Under the pieces are notes generated by a model. That model saw only the letters and a list, made by a program, of their open reading frames with translations. It ran no database searches and was not told where the DNA came from. A stretch of DNA of 64,000 nucleotides. Source: a virus. Taxonomy: Duplodnaviria > Caudoviricetes. The translations under genes were made by a program, and so were the position numbers. Shown piece by piece: positions 41,701 to 50,869 of this stretch. Location of the stretch: positions 256,001 through 320,000 of IMG/VR virus record IMGVR_UViG_3300037067_004891. One strand, written 5' to 3'. The stretch's first letter is position 1. Each line of letters opens with the position of its first letter.

Positions 41701-42026
41701 ATTACAACAGGTATACCATCACCATCATTCCAAACGGATATTCGGTTATTTTCTATTTCAACCTTAATTACTTTAACACGACCAGTTTTAACACTATGAT
41801 CAGATGCATTAGTAATAATTTCATCAAATATTTTTATTAAACCAGCATTATAATTTATTTCTTTCTTGACAATTTTTAAATTTTCAAAATTGTTTATATC
41901 ATCAACTGTAAACACTAATCTTCTTTCAGAATTTATAGAACCAATATAAGTATCGCTACGTTGTAGTACATGTTCTCTCTGTGAAAGTTTCTTATACTGT
42001 TCTTCAATCTTCTTTTTCTTAGCCAT
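38736..42026 (-). CDS. top2: DNA topoisomerase II, single polypeptide
   Basis: EIITNASD, GGRNGIG, TEGDSA, PIKGK, MTDADCDG, KGLGT, DGLKPSQRK, AARY. Confidence 0.97.
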   Translation of the reverse strand: MAKKKKIEEQYKKLSQREHVLQRSDTYIGSINSERRLVFTVDDINNFENLKIVKKEINYNAGLIKIFDEIITNASDHSVKTGRVKVIKVEIENNRISVWNDGDGIPVVIHKDEKVYVPELIFGHLLTGENYDDTEQRIGGGRNGIGSKACNIFSKEFMVETADGKNYYKQVFTDNLSTDKKGKLPKPHIRATSKKFTKISFLPDYERFGFTELTDDIKSVMIKRTIDIAAYNPNVKVYFNNNLINIKTFKDYMKLFMPDDQEIIYEKINDFWEVGIMKTSTDSFEQISLVNGLATLQGGTHVNYIINQITSKLKVSLSRGNKFEINPNDIKSKIFLFLNSKIFNPEFDSQVKEILNTKVSTFKDVEISDNFIKKILKSDITQEILDYIELKEQLALKKSVQNKNNKTPKVQKLVDANKAGTKESDKCFLFITEGDSASSFAVSGFKYTGRDYYGSFPIKGKPINVRDISISKLKQNEELSNIAQILGLEYGKKYTDTSSLRYGKLVLMTDADCDGYHIKGLILNYIEMFFPSLLNNFMYEFITPILRITKNGKHKYFYKIKDYDKWKDTNDLTGYTIKHFKGLGTLSKDEVKMVFENIDKHLIKFHYTNPEKTKDVIDLAFRKNRADDRKKWMGEYDINNNFDKLSQKTTYESFMNNEFIEYSLFDVVRNVPNIMDGLKPSQRKILYTLLKLNKSGEINVGELFGYVKSIAIYNHGPQSLEEAIITMAQDFVGSNNLPLIEPIGSFGTRLHGGEDSAAARYIHTELRQITKTIFKDSDKELLNYLESDGKIVEPQYYIPCICLILVNGCNGIGTGFSTTIPKFNINDLIVYLENKLKDKKKNITLTPFYNKFKGKIQYDEAVDNCITTGIINRINDNQLNITELPVGTWNENYYNFLDKLIDNKIIKNYIKKCNDDDVNIIINLSKEYPIKDDKLYDLFQLTSRINMSNMHLFDINSKIKKYDTVYDIINEFYINRLPFYEQRRQNIIGKINKDIQILTNRCNFIDLIINNKILISNKNKEYIEQECENNKLDKLDNSYDYLLNMVIYSLSKEKYDNLKNQLSDKLKDLEEYSKKTIQEIWLGDLSELKREIKKLN

Positions 42027-42226
42027 TCAGAATTTTTTATTTTTAGATGTTATGTTTTTATATAACTATTTTTACGTTTTGTTTTATTAAAATAAATTAT
42101 AAATGAAAAAGCCCTATAAAATAAGGGCTTTCAAATAATAACATTCAATCAACATAATGTTTTTGCTTATTTATATATTTATTTTAATATGACAAAAATA
42201 ATATATAAAACAAAAATTATTTTTTT

Positions 42227-43057
42227 ATGACATATATTCATAATTGGAAATCATTTAATGAAGAAATACATAATGATATATCATTATCAATCCAATTTAA
42301 TGATTTCGACTTTGTTTTAGAAGGAAATAATTCAATTGAATTTCTAAAAGAAAAAATTAAAAATATTTTCTTTAATTTAAAAACTAAAGCTCAAATAAAA
42401 AATTTTTTAAAATACTCCATTAGTAAAATATTTAATTCATCATTAACGAATAAAAGAATATTAATTATATTCATTTTATCATTAACAATGATAAAAATAT
42501 CATCTTCCGAAATTAAATCTATTGATTTTCATAATATAAAAATAAATAGTTATATAAATGATTTATTATTGGCTGGTATAGAACCACAACCTAATATAAA
42601 TTATAATGATGCTGTTTCAGATGAAACATTAGAATTTCTTGATAAATTATCATTTAGAGAATCCAGTAATAATTGGAAAAGTGCTAAAAAAGGATATGTT
42701 GGTCAATATCAATTTGGAAAATATGCATTTGCTGATATTGGAAAACAACCAATAGATTCTGATGAATTTATTAATAATCCAGATATTTATTCAAAAGAAG
42801 AACAAAATAAAGATGTTATAAAATTATTAAAGAAAAATAAATATTATTTAAGAAATTATTACAAATATATCGGACAAACTATAAATGGTGTTGAAATTAC
42901 TGAATCTGGTATGTTAGCAGCATCTCATTTAGTAGGTCAAAATGCTGTTAAAAGATTTTTAGCATCAAATGGTAAAAACAATGATACAGATGGTAATGGT
43001 GTTCCTTGTTCTAATTATTTAAAATATTTTACTGGATATAAATTAAATATAATTTAA
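42227..43057 (+). CDS. Lysozyme/transglycosylase-like protein with leader (putatively virion-associated)
   Basis: MTYIHNWKSFNEE; RESSNNW, YVGQYQFG, ITESGMLAASHLVG, DGNG. Confidence 0.7.
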   Translation: MTYIHNWKSFNEEIHNDISLSIQFNDFDFVLEGNNSIEFLKEKIKNIFFNLKTKAQIKNFLKYSISKIFNSSLTNKRILIIFILSLTMIKISSSEIKSIDFHNIKINSYINDLLLAGIEPQPNINYNDAVSDETLEFLDKLSFRESSNNWKSAKKGYVGQYQFGKYAFADIGKQPIDSDEFINNPDIYSKEEQNKDVIKLLKKNKYYLRNYYKYIGQTINGVEITESGMLAASHLVGQNAVKRFLASNGKNNDTDGNGVPCSNYLKYFTGYKLNII

Positions 43058-43082
43058 ATGAACTACCGCTAAACTAAAAGAT

Positions 43083-44243
43083 TTAGCGGTTTCCTACTTC
43101 GCAGACTTCGTAACCTCCGTCTCCATAGGTGTACTCGCCAGTTCCTGACGAGAGAAGGTTTAAACCTTCTGTTTCAATATTTTTAGCAGCATTTAAATCT
43201 CTATTATGTTTCTGACCACATATCGGACATTCCCATTGTCTTATATTTAATGGTAAGTCTTGTAATATATGTTTACACTTATGACATGTTTTTGATGATG
43301 GAAACCATCTGCTTATCTTTACCAGTTGCTTATCATTCCAGTCAGATTTATATTTTAAATATGTTAAAAATGCCCCCCAAGACACATCGGATATTGATTT
43401 ACTTAGTTTATCATTTTTTAACATACCTTTAATATTCAAATCTTCACAACAAATAATATCGTAATGACTGATTAAACGGGTACTTACTTTATGCAGCATA
43501 TCATTCCGAGAATTGACTATCTTCTCATGAATTCTTGCTACTTTAATTCTTTCTTTATTTTTATTATTACTTCCCTTTTTTTTCCTACTTAAATGTTGTT
43601 GCTCTCTCTTTAATTTCTTTTGATATTTAATTGTGTATTTATGATTTTCAAATTTATTATCATCTGATGTTATTACAAAATCTTTTAAACCCAAATCAAT
43701 ACCTACCGACTTCCCTGTCTTTTCTTTCGGTTGATATTCAACTTCACAAAGAAAGCTTATGTAATATTTACCTACTGGTGTTTTTGAAATGGTGCAGTTT
43801 CTTATATTTGTTATTTCAACGTTCTTCTGATTTACTTTAATACCTTCTTTAAATTTGGGTAAGAATACCTTTTTATCTATTAGTTCAATGTGTTGAGGGA
43901 TATGGAACGAATTCTTATCTTTTCTGGATTTGAATCTTGGAAACTGGGCTAACTTTTTAAAGAAATTAATATATGCTGTATCAAGGTGTCTTAAAGAATG
44001 TTGTAATGATTGACTATTAACTTCTTTTAGCCAAATATATTCTTCTTTCTTTTTAAGTTCAGTTAAATATTCTGCTTGTTTATAATAATTTAAAGTCTTA
44101 TTACCTTTTAAATATTCATCTTTTCTCTGGTTTAAAAAATAATTAAAAATGAATCTATTACAACCAAAATGTTTATTCAACAAAATTTCTTGTTGTTTGG
44201 TTGGTTTTAATTCAAATTTATATGTCTTTTTTATAACCTTCAT
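43083..44243 (-). CDS. tnpB: TnpB RNA-guided endonuclease
   Basis: GIDLG, CCEDL, HNRDLNAA; CHKC and CPIC Zn finger. Confidence 0.95.
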   Translation of the reverse strand: MKVIKKTYKFELKPTKQQEILLNKHFGCNRFIFNYFLNQRKDEYLKGNKTLNYYKQAEYLTELKKKEEYIWLKEVNSQSLQHSLRHLDTAYINFFKKLAQFPRFKSRKDKNSFHIPQHIELIDKKVFLPKFKEGIKVNQKNVEITNIRNCTISKTPVGKYYISFLCEVEYQPKEKTGKSVGIDLGLKDFVITSDDNKFENHKYTIKYQKKLKREQQHLSRKKKGSNNKNKERIKVARIHEKIVNSRNDMLHKVSTRLISHYDIICCEDLNIKGMLKNDKLSKSISDVSWGAFLTYLKYKSDWNDKQLVKISRWFPSSKTCHKCKHILQDLPLNIRQWECPICGQKHNRDLNAAKNIETEGLNLLSSGTGEYTYGDGGYEVCEVGNR

Positions 44244-44301
44244 AACTTATTATATGTATATATTTACAAAAAGTTGTCAAATTTAGTAAATATTTTCAAT
44301 T

Positions 44302-44705
44302 ATGTCTAAGTATTACAGAGAAAACCACTCAAAGTATATAATTAAATGTCATTTAATATTTGTATGTAAATACAGGAAACATCTGTTATTTGGTTCTTTG
44401 GATATGCACATGAAACAAATTATGTTAGATATATCAACGAAATCTGATTTTGATATTGAAGTAATGGAAACTGATAAGAATTATATATTCATTTCTTAAT
44501 ATGTTATCCACCGAAATTATCATTAACTTCAATTGTGAGAAGATTAAAACAAATTTCAACTATTAATATCTGGCATCTATATCCAAATTATTTACAACAA
44601 CATTTTTGGAAAGAACACACTTTCTGGTCTGATAGTTACTTTGTGTGTTCAATAGGTGATGCAAACCCAGATAATATTAGGAAATATATTGAGCAGCAAG
44701 GTTAA
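44302..44705 (+). pseudogene. tnpA: IS200 Y1 transposase, frameshifted
   Basis: HLIFVCKYRK, then a frameshift near 44482 with HUH reading YIH; continues HFL..PP..FWSDSYF..IRKYIEQQG*. Confidence 0.9.
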
Positions 44706-44793
44706 TATATACTAAGAGTGAAATTCATCCACGAAACTGAAGATTTCGTGGTTTTCTTTCACAAAAATATAAATATATTTATAAATCTCTTAT

Positions 44794-45009
44794 TTATTCT
44801 AAAATTTTTTTTAATTTCTCTTGCCTTAACACTTCTTCTATTATTTTCATTTCTTTTAAAACAGATTCATTCATATTTACATTTCGTTCAATAGAGTTTT
44901 TATACTCTTTTAATTTTCTTTCAAAAAAAATGATATGTCGTCTATAATATTCTCGGATAGAAATATCAATACTATATTTTGGTTTTATTATTTTTTCTTC
45001 TTTTTTCAT
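44794..45009 (-). CDS. Small protein with C-terminal tag
   Basis: Ends VLRQEKLKKILE. Confidence 0.5.
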   Translation of the reverse strand: MKKEEKIIKPKYSIDISIREYYRRHIIFFERKLKEYKNSIERNVNMNESVLKEMKIIEEVLRQEKLKKILE

Positions 45010-45171
45010 TCTTAGTAAAAGTAATAATTTTTAATTTAATATGATTAATTTTTTAAAATATAAAAATATAATATATATATATATCATTAAGTTGTACCTT
45101 TTGAGGAAGTTTGAAATGCTACATTTTCATGTAATTGATAATGAGATTATTATAAATAATTTGTATATAGA

Positions 45172-46242
45172 TTAAAAACGTTGGGTAGATTGTGTAATAT
45201 CTTCTTTAAGTTTTATATAAAAAACAATTTCTTTTTGATTAATATCTACGGAGTAGTCAACTCTATAATTCCAATTGTATTTGAGTATCCAATTTTCCAA
45301 GGTTGTTAAAAATTGAAAGTGTGGTAAATTCGGATTTATAAAATCTTCATAATCGAATTTTTTATAACATATTTTATTGTTGATTATATAAACAGGTTTT
45401 TCTTTTAGAAATAATTTAAATTCCTTTCGAACTTTACACAAAAATGTTAAATTATTAAGATTGATTGTTTGTAAAACACTATATATAGGAATTATAGAAT
45501 TCATATTTAAAGATTTTAAAAATTTGGTTGTTACTTTAAACTGACCAGTTTGTATTAATTTGTGGTCGTGATTAACATAAAAACCATATTTTAAAATAAA
45601 AGATTCTATCGAAAAATAAAGTGATAAATTGGAAATGTTATTATTTGAAATTAATGTATTATAAGTAATTATAAGAGATTCTTTGTCTTTTAATTCTTCG
45701 TTTAATAATATGTAGTTATTAATATTTATCGTGTGAAAAAATAAATTATAATCACCAGTGTTCAGATATAATTTATCTTTTTGTTTAATAAAGTTAATAC
45801 TGAATTCTGATAAAATTCTTAAAAGTATAACAAAAGCTCGTTCACCATCGAACAATACTTTATTTTCTTTGAGTAATGTCGAAAATAATATTATTTTGCG
45901 TTCTGTTTCTAATTCCACATCATTTATCTGGTCTACGGTATAAAAGTTATTTTTAAATTTTTTGTAATATTTATCTAATAATATATTCACACATTCGTCA
46001 TATGGCTTAGTAGCAACACAACATTTTTCGACAATATCTTTAATACCTTGAACATCGTTATATTTATTAAGAAAAAAAGCATCATTAAAATCATTAATTT
46101 CATCTTTTGGTATGTTATACGGTTCACCCATTATTATATATTTTAATTCGTTTTGAACACCATCAAAATAATATTGATACATGGGATCAAAAATTGGACG
46201 TACACCTTTTAAATCTTTTTTTCTATTTAAATCTGTTAACAT
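45172..46242 (-). CDS. Hypothetical protein
   Basis: 356-aa ORF. Confidence 0.55.
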   Translation of the reverse strand: MLTDLNRKKDLKGVRPIFDPMYQYYFDGVQNELKYIIMGEPYNIPKDEINDFNDAFFLNKYNDVQGIKDIVEKCCVATKPYDECVNILLDKYYKKFKNNFYTVDQINDVELETERKIILFSTLLKENKVLFDGERAFVILLRILSEFSINFIKQKDKLYLNTGDYNLFFHTININNYILLNEELKDKESLIITYNTLISNNNISNLSLYFSIESFILKYGFYVNHDHKLIQTGQFKVTTKFLKSLNMNSIIPIYSVLQTINLNNLTFLCKVRKEFKLFLKEKPVYIINNKICYKKFDYEDFINPNLPHFQFLTTLENWILKYNWNYRVDYSVDINQKEIVFYIKLKEDITQSTQRF

Positions 46243-47428
46243 ATTTTTTAATTTTTAATATTTTACTTTCTTCCATCTGGACAGGTTCTTCTTCCTGAAC
46301 TTCTTCTTCAGTTTCCATTTCATCTTTCATTTCTTGATAATAATATGGGTCAAAATTATAGTCATTAAAAGATAACATATCAACATTATTGAAGAAATCT
46401 ACCATTTCAAGAAATTTTTTAAATTCTTCTTTTAATGAGTAGTCATTAAAATCATTATATTCATTTGATGAATTATAATATATTTTAGTTATAAATTTAG
46501 GCATAATTACACCACCATAACCAAATTTTCTATATGTAGAACCTATATACTTATTTTTTAGATATTTTAAAACTTCATTTTTATCGGATATATAATGTGG
46601 TTCTATTTTAGAATATATTTCATGGTCACCTTTATCACCTATATATGTTTTGAAAAAATCATAATCAAAATCTATTTTAGATATATCAATACCTGATGTA
46701 TCAATTTCAATAATAACAGGTGGCATATTATTAATATTTCCAGCTTTTCCAGCATGAAACATCGCACTTGTTTTTTCACCCGTTAAAAATGAATAATTTT
46801 TATGTTTTATATTTTTAAAGTTTGAGGGTGAAATATTGGGACGTAATCCAAGTTTTAATATATTTTCTAAATATTTAACTGATGTTCCATGATAAACATA
46901 TTTTGGTATTTTTCGAAACTGTACTTCTTTAGTAAAACTATCTATAAGATTATCGATATAAACTCTTTTTTCTATTGTTTCTGTATTATTATAACCAACT
47001 GTTTCATACATTTCTAAAGTATCAACACCTAATTTATTTTTCAATTCTTTAATAACATCAATAAAAAATTTTGAACTGTTAATATCTTGTGTGAACTCAT
47101 CATATACATCTATTTTTAGTGTATCTGGTGTACTTGTTTCATAATGAAATATCACAACGTTAGGATAATTTTCTTGTAAATCTCTTATTAAATTTGACAC
47201 TTCTTCATTTTTAATATCTTCAGTTTCCCCTTTATATGTGCCAAGTTCTTTTAAAATATCAGTATATATTCTTATAATACCTTTTGTGTCATAATCATCA
47301 ACTATATAAATATATTTTCTAAATGCTATAATGGTGCATTCTTCCGATTCTTTTATACTATTAAAATCGGGGTGTAATATTACTTCATTTAAAAAATCGT
47401 TGAATTTTATAATCTCCATTGATGGCAT
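46223..47428 (-). CDS. ART-like (Tpt1/PARP-like) domain protein with leader
   Basis: MEIIKFNDFLNE; YVYHGTS..ILKLGLRP, SFLT, PVIIEID, GVIMPKFI. Confidence 0.7.
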   Translation of the reverse strand: MPSMEIIKFNDFLNEVILHPDFNSIKESEECTIIAFRKYIYIVDDYDTKGIIRIYTDILKELGTYKGETEDIKNEEVSNLIRDLQENYPNVVIFHYETSTPDTLKIDVYDEFTQDINSSKFFIDVIKELKNKLGVDTLEMYETVGYNNTETIEKRVYIDNLIDSFTKEVQFRKIPKYVYHGTSVKYLENILKLGLRPNISPSNFKNIKHKNYSFLTGEKTSAMFHAGKAGNINNMPPVIIEIDTSGIDISKIDFDYDFFKTYIGDKGDHEIYSKIEPHYISDKNEVLKYLKNKYIGSTYRKFGYGGVIMPKFITKIYYNSSNEYNDFNDYSLKEEFKKFLEMVDFFNNVDMLSFNDYNFDPYYYQEMKDEMETEEEVQEEEPVQMEESKILKIKKYVNRFK

Positions 47429-47515
47429 AATTTTTTATTATATATTAAAATCAAAAAATTAAAACATTAGTCTTAAATTTGCATATACATTTAAAACAAA
47501 TAATCTAATTTTTTA

Positions 47516-49198
47516 ATGGTAGAATTCGAAGATGGTAAATATCAGCTTTATTATGAATTGAAATATGAACCCCGACAACAACAAATAGACGGGGTTAATT
47601 TTATTAAAAAAGCTATATTAACTGGTAATAAATATATGTTGTTGAACTTGCCCACTGGTGTTGGTAAGAGTTTCTTGGCTACTATGTTCATAAACTGGTA
47701 TCTAAATCATGTTAATGAAAAAGCTAAGTTTGATGTCCTGACTAATTCTAAGTTACTACAAGACCAGTATATAAAGGAATTTCCATATATACGGAATTTA
47801 AAAGGACGAGCCAATTATCCTTGTGACCCATATAATACAAATTGTGATGAGGGTATGGAAATTTGTACCGCTAAAAAGAAAAAATGTGATAGATGTCCAT
47901 ATTTGTTAGCTTTATCAAATTATATTGGAAGTCGAGTTTCAATGACTAATTTTCACATGTTTGATATTGCAAATATTTTCAGTACTTGTTTTAAGACTGT
48001 TAGAGAAAGTAAAGTTTTAATTGTAGATGAAGCTTCAGATTTTGATCAAGTTTTTTGTAATTATATGACAACAGAATTAAATGTTAATGTTTTTACAAAA
48101 TGTGGTTTCGAACAAACAAAAATAAATGAATATAAAAATATTATTTCATCTATTGTTGATATCACAACACTTGTTGATGTTATTATAAAAAATTTTTTAC
48201 CAGATTTGGATAAAAGAATTAAATATTTAAGATCAGAAATGTTGGATGCTGATCAACATAGTAAATCAACTCCAATTGATACATATAAAAAATGGGCTGC
48301 TCAGTCAAGAGAATGTTCTTCTAAATTTAATTCTCTGGATTTATTTATAAAAGAATTTCAAAACAATCCTGAAAATTGGTTTTTAGAAACTATTAATAAA
48401 TATGATAAAAGAAAAAAAGAATCTGGTGAATTTAAATCTTTGATTGTACAACCAGTTTGGGGAAGTGAATATATACCAAAATATGCTCTGAATCAATATG
48501 ACCATATTATATTTATGTCTGCTACCATATTAAATAAAAAATTATTTTGTTATATTAATGGACTGAATGAAGATATAACCAAATATTATGAAATACCTTC
48601 ACCATTCCCTGTTAAAAACAGACCTATTTATTATATCAAAGCTGGTAAAATGACTTATAAAGAAAAAGAAAATAGTTACAAATATCATTTTGATTATATT
48701 ATAAAAACTTTAAATAAATATAAGAACGATAAAGGTATTATACACACATTCAATTATGAACTGGCTACAAGGTTGAGTGATGACTTGAATAAAACGGAAT
48801 TTAAAGATAGAATTATTATTCATGATACTGCAAGTAGAAATGATAAATTAGATCAGCATATTAATAGTAAACTACCAACTGTTTTGATTTCTCCGAGTAT
48901 GATGATGGGTGTGGATTTAAAAGATGAATTAAGTCGTTTTCAGATAATAATGAAAATACCATATCCAAATATAAAATCTAAGTTGGTAAAGAAAAGACAA
49001 CAAACAAATCCAGATTGGTATCGATGGAAAACAATTGTAGATTTAGTTCAGCAATATGGTAGAAGTGTGCGTTCATCTGAGGACTGGGCTATTACTATCA
49101 TTCTGGATAGTTCTCTATCAGACATATTAAATTTTCACGGAGAATTTTTACCTAAATATTTTGTTGATGCTATTAAGATAATGAAGATTAAATATTAA
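47516..49198 (+). CDS. dinG: DinG/XPD-family SF2 helicase with Fe-S cysteines
   Basis: PRQQQ, PTGVGKS, KGRANYPC..C..C..CPY, VDEAS, MSAT, GVDL, QQYGRSVRS. Confidence 0.9.
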   Translation: MVEFEDGKYQLYYELKYEPRQQQIDGVNFIKKAILTGNKYMLLNLPTGVGKSFLATMFINWYLNHVNEKAKFDVLTNSKLLQDQYIKEFPYIRNLKGRANYPCDPYNTNCDEGMEICTAKKKKCDRCPYLLALSNYIGSRVSMTNFHMFDIANIFSTCFKTVRESKVLIVDEASDFDQVFCNYMTTELNVNVFTKCGFEQTKINEYKNIISSIVDITTLVDVIIKNFLPDLDKRIKYLRSEMLDADQHSKSTPIDTYKKWAAQSRECSSKFNSLDLFIKEFQNNPENWFLETINKYDKRKKESGEFKSLIVQPVWGSEYIPKYALNQYDHIIFMSATILNKKLFCYINGLNEDITKYYEIPSPFPVKNRPIYYIKAGKMTYKEKENSYKYHFDYIIKTLNKYKNDKGIIHTFNYELATRLSDDLNKTEFKDRIIIHDTASRNDKLDQHINSKLPTVLISPSMMMGVDLKDELSRFQIIMKIPYPNIKSKLVKKRQQTNPDWYRWKTIVDLVQQYGRSVRSSEDWAITIILDSSLSDILNFHGEFLPKYFVDAIKIMKIKY

Positions 49199-49240
49199 AG
49201 TTTCTGAAATCACTAAGTCTTTAGCTTAGTGGTAGTTGAT
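49199..49240 (+). mobile_element. Solo IS200/IS605 right-end remnant
   Basis: agtttctgaaatcactaa is identical to the 31849 element (minus strand); then hairpin and tagttgat. Confidence 0.7.
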
Positions 49241-49342
49241 GTAATATAAGAGGTATGAATGATGAAAGTCGCCAACAACTCGAAGATTATATAATTAAAC
49301 ATTAATATTTATTAATTAAAACATGTTTTTAATTTTTTTTTA

Positions 49343-49585
49343 CTATATAATTATTAAATATAATATACCATATGTGATAATAAAATCAAATGTTACTATT
49401 AAAGTGTTTTTTAATTTTTGTGTGATACTATTTTTTGTGTATCCTACACATTTACCACAATATTTAAAATGCATTCGTATCCAATAGGTTGTTTCTATTA
49501 CTTCTTTGATTTTGACTTGTAAACAAGAAATATATAATATACCAACCATCCAAAATAAGAAATATAACCAATCTAATTGTTTCAT
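49343..49585 (-). CDS. Small two-TM membrane protein
   Basis: Two hydrophobic segments. Confidence 0.45.
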   Translation of the reverse strand: MKQLDWLYFLFWMVGILYISCLQVKIKEVIETTYWIRMHFKYCGKCVGYTKNSITQKLKNTLIVTFDFIITYGILYLIII

Positions 49586-49699
49586 ATGTTTTATTTTTTT
49601 AGTAAAATTGATAATTTTTTACATCAATTAATTATTAACATTGAGTTACCTAATGTTCAATTATAATTTTTAATTGAGTTATGATTCGCACTATCAAAA

Positions 49700-50212
49700 T
49701 TATATTTTATTTTCTATAAGACAATATATATCATTTTTGGTTTTGTTATTAATCACTATAATATCTACTGTTTTAAATCCATTTTTTTTACCTATACCAC
49801 CACTATTATATCCTATTGATATAACACACCCATTAGACTTAATAATTCTTGAAATTTCTGTTTTTAAAAAAGTCCAATATTGTGTTCTTGTGTGATACAA
49901 TTTTCTTTTTATGTTTAAATCATCAAAATATTTTATTAATCGTGTTATATTATATGGAGGATCATATATTACTAAATCAACACTTTCATCTTTTATATTC
50001 TTTAAAAAATCGAGCGCATCTAATTGATATTCAGTATTATATGCTTTGTTTATATCATTGTTTATTTTGGTTAATTTATTCATACCTGCGAAGGGATTTA
50101 TTGATACAAAATCATCTTTGTTTTTTAAAAGATTTTTTATTTTTTCTAAAATCTGAGGTTGTTTTGTATAATCATTATATATGTTTAAATCTTTATATCT
50201 TATTATATTCAT
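49700..50212 (-). CDS. Small DNA amino-methyltransferase
   Basis: NPFAG, LDALDFL, DLVIYDPPY. Confidence 0.75.
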   Translation of the reverse strand: MNIIRYKDLNIYNDYTKQPQILEKIKNLLKNKDDFVSINPFAGMNKLTKINNDINKAYNTEYQLDALDFLKNIKDESVDLVIYDPPYNITRLIKYFDDLNIKRKLYHTRTQYWTFLKTEISRIIKSNGCVISIGYNSGGIGKKNGFKTVDIIVINNKTKNDIYCLIENKI

Positions 50213-50214
50213 TT

Positions 50215-50721
50215 TTAAAATAATTTATTTTCTACCACACATACAGTATCATAGTGAATCCCACCATGAGGAACAAATAAAACTTCTATTATTTCCAAAT
50301 TATTGGACATATTTATACCTGATGAGTTCCAACTAAATGTAATAATTTTTCCATTTTTTTTGAGTTTTTCATGATATTTTTTGAAAATTTGAAACCAATA
50401 ATCATAATTATCATTGAGATTTTTTGATTCTTTTTGAATATTATAACATTGTTTTAATTGATTAAAATTATATGGTGGATCATTTAAAATTAAATCAATT
50501 GATTCATTTTCAAAAATATCTAAAAAAATCAAAGCATCTAAATGATGTGTTGTATCATATGATATATCTAAATCATTTGTTATCTTTGCTAATTTACTAT
50601 TATTAGCGAAAGGGTCAACACTTAATAAATTAGGATTATTATATTTTTTTATAAGTTCTTTTATTGGTTTTATTGAAAATGTGTTTTTATTTGGCATTGA
50701 CCATATTCTATTTATAATCAT
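50215..50721 (-). CDS. Small DNA amino-methyltransferase, paralog of the adjacent gene
   Basis: VDPFAN, LDALIFL, DLILNDPPY, HGGIHYDTVCVVE. Confidence 0.8.
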   Translation of the reverse strand: MIINRIWSMPNKNTFSIKPIKELIKKYNNPNLLSVDPFANNSKLAKITNDLDISYDTTHHLDALIFLDIFENESIDLILNDPPYNFNQLKQCYNIQKESKNLNDNYDYWFQIFKKYHEKLKKNGKIITFSWNSSGINMSNNLEIIEVLFVPHGGIHYDTVCVVENKLF

Positions 50722-50869
50722 TAATATATAAACTTTTTTATTTTTATATATTAAACAATAATGGGTATAAATATTATTTTTTTATTTATAATTTTTTTTA
50801 TATAATATTTTATTGTATTTTTGAGTATTAATTTATTTAAATTTAATATAAATATTAAAAAATAAAATA

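Larger units (their letters stand above)
43058..44768 (-). mobile_element. IS605-type element (divergent tnpA pseudogene and tnpB); target TTTAT
   Basis: Right-end hairpin ccgctaaa..tttagcgg then tagttcat; left-end hairpin ccacgaaa..tttcgtgg; ATAAA at 44769. Confidence 0.9.

Noticed and set aside
38736-42026. Eukaryotic giant virus origin suggested by the single-chain topo II
   Set aside because: Lipoprotein, peptidoglycan hydrolases, S1, PhoH, overlapping operons and intrinsic terminators indicate a bacteriophage
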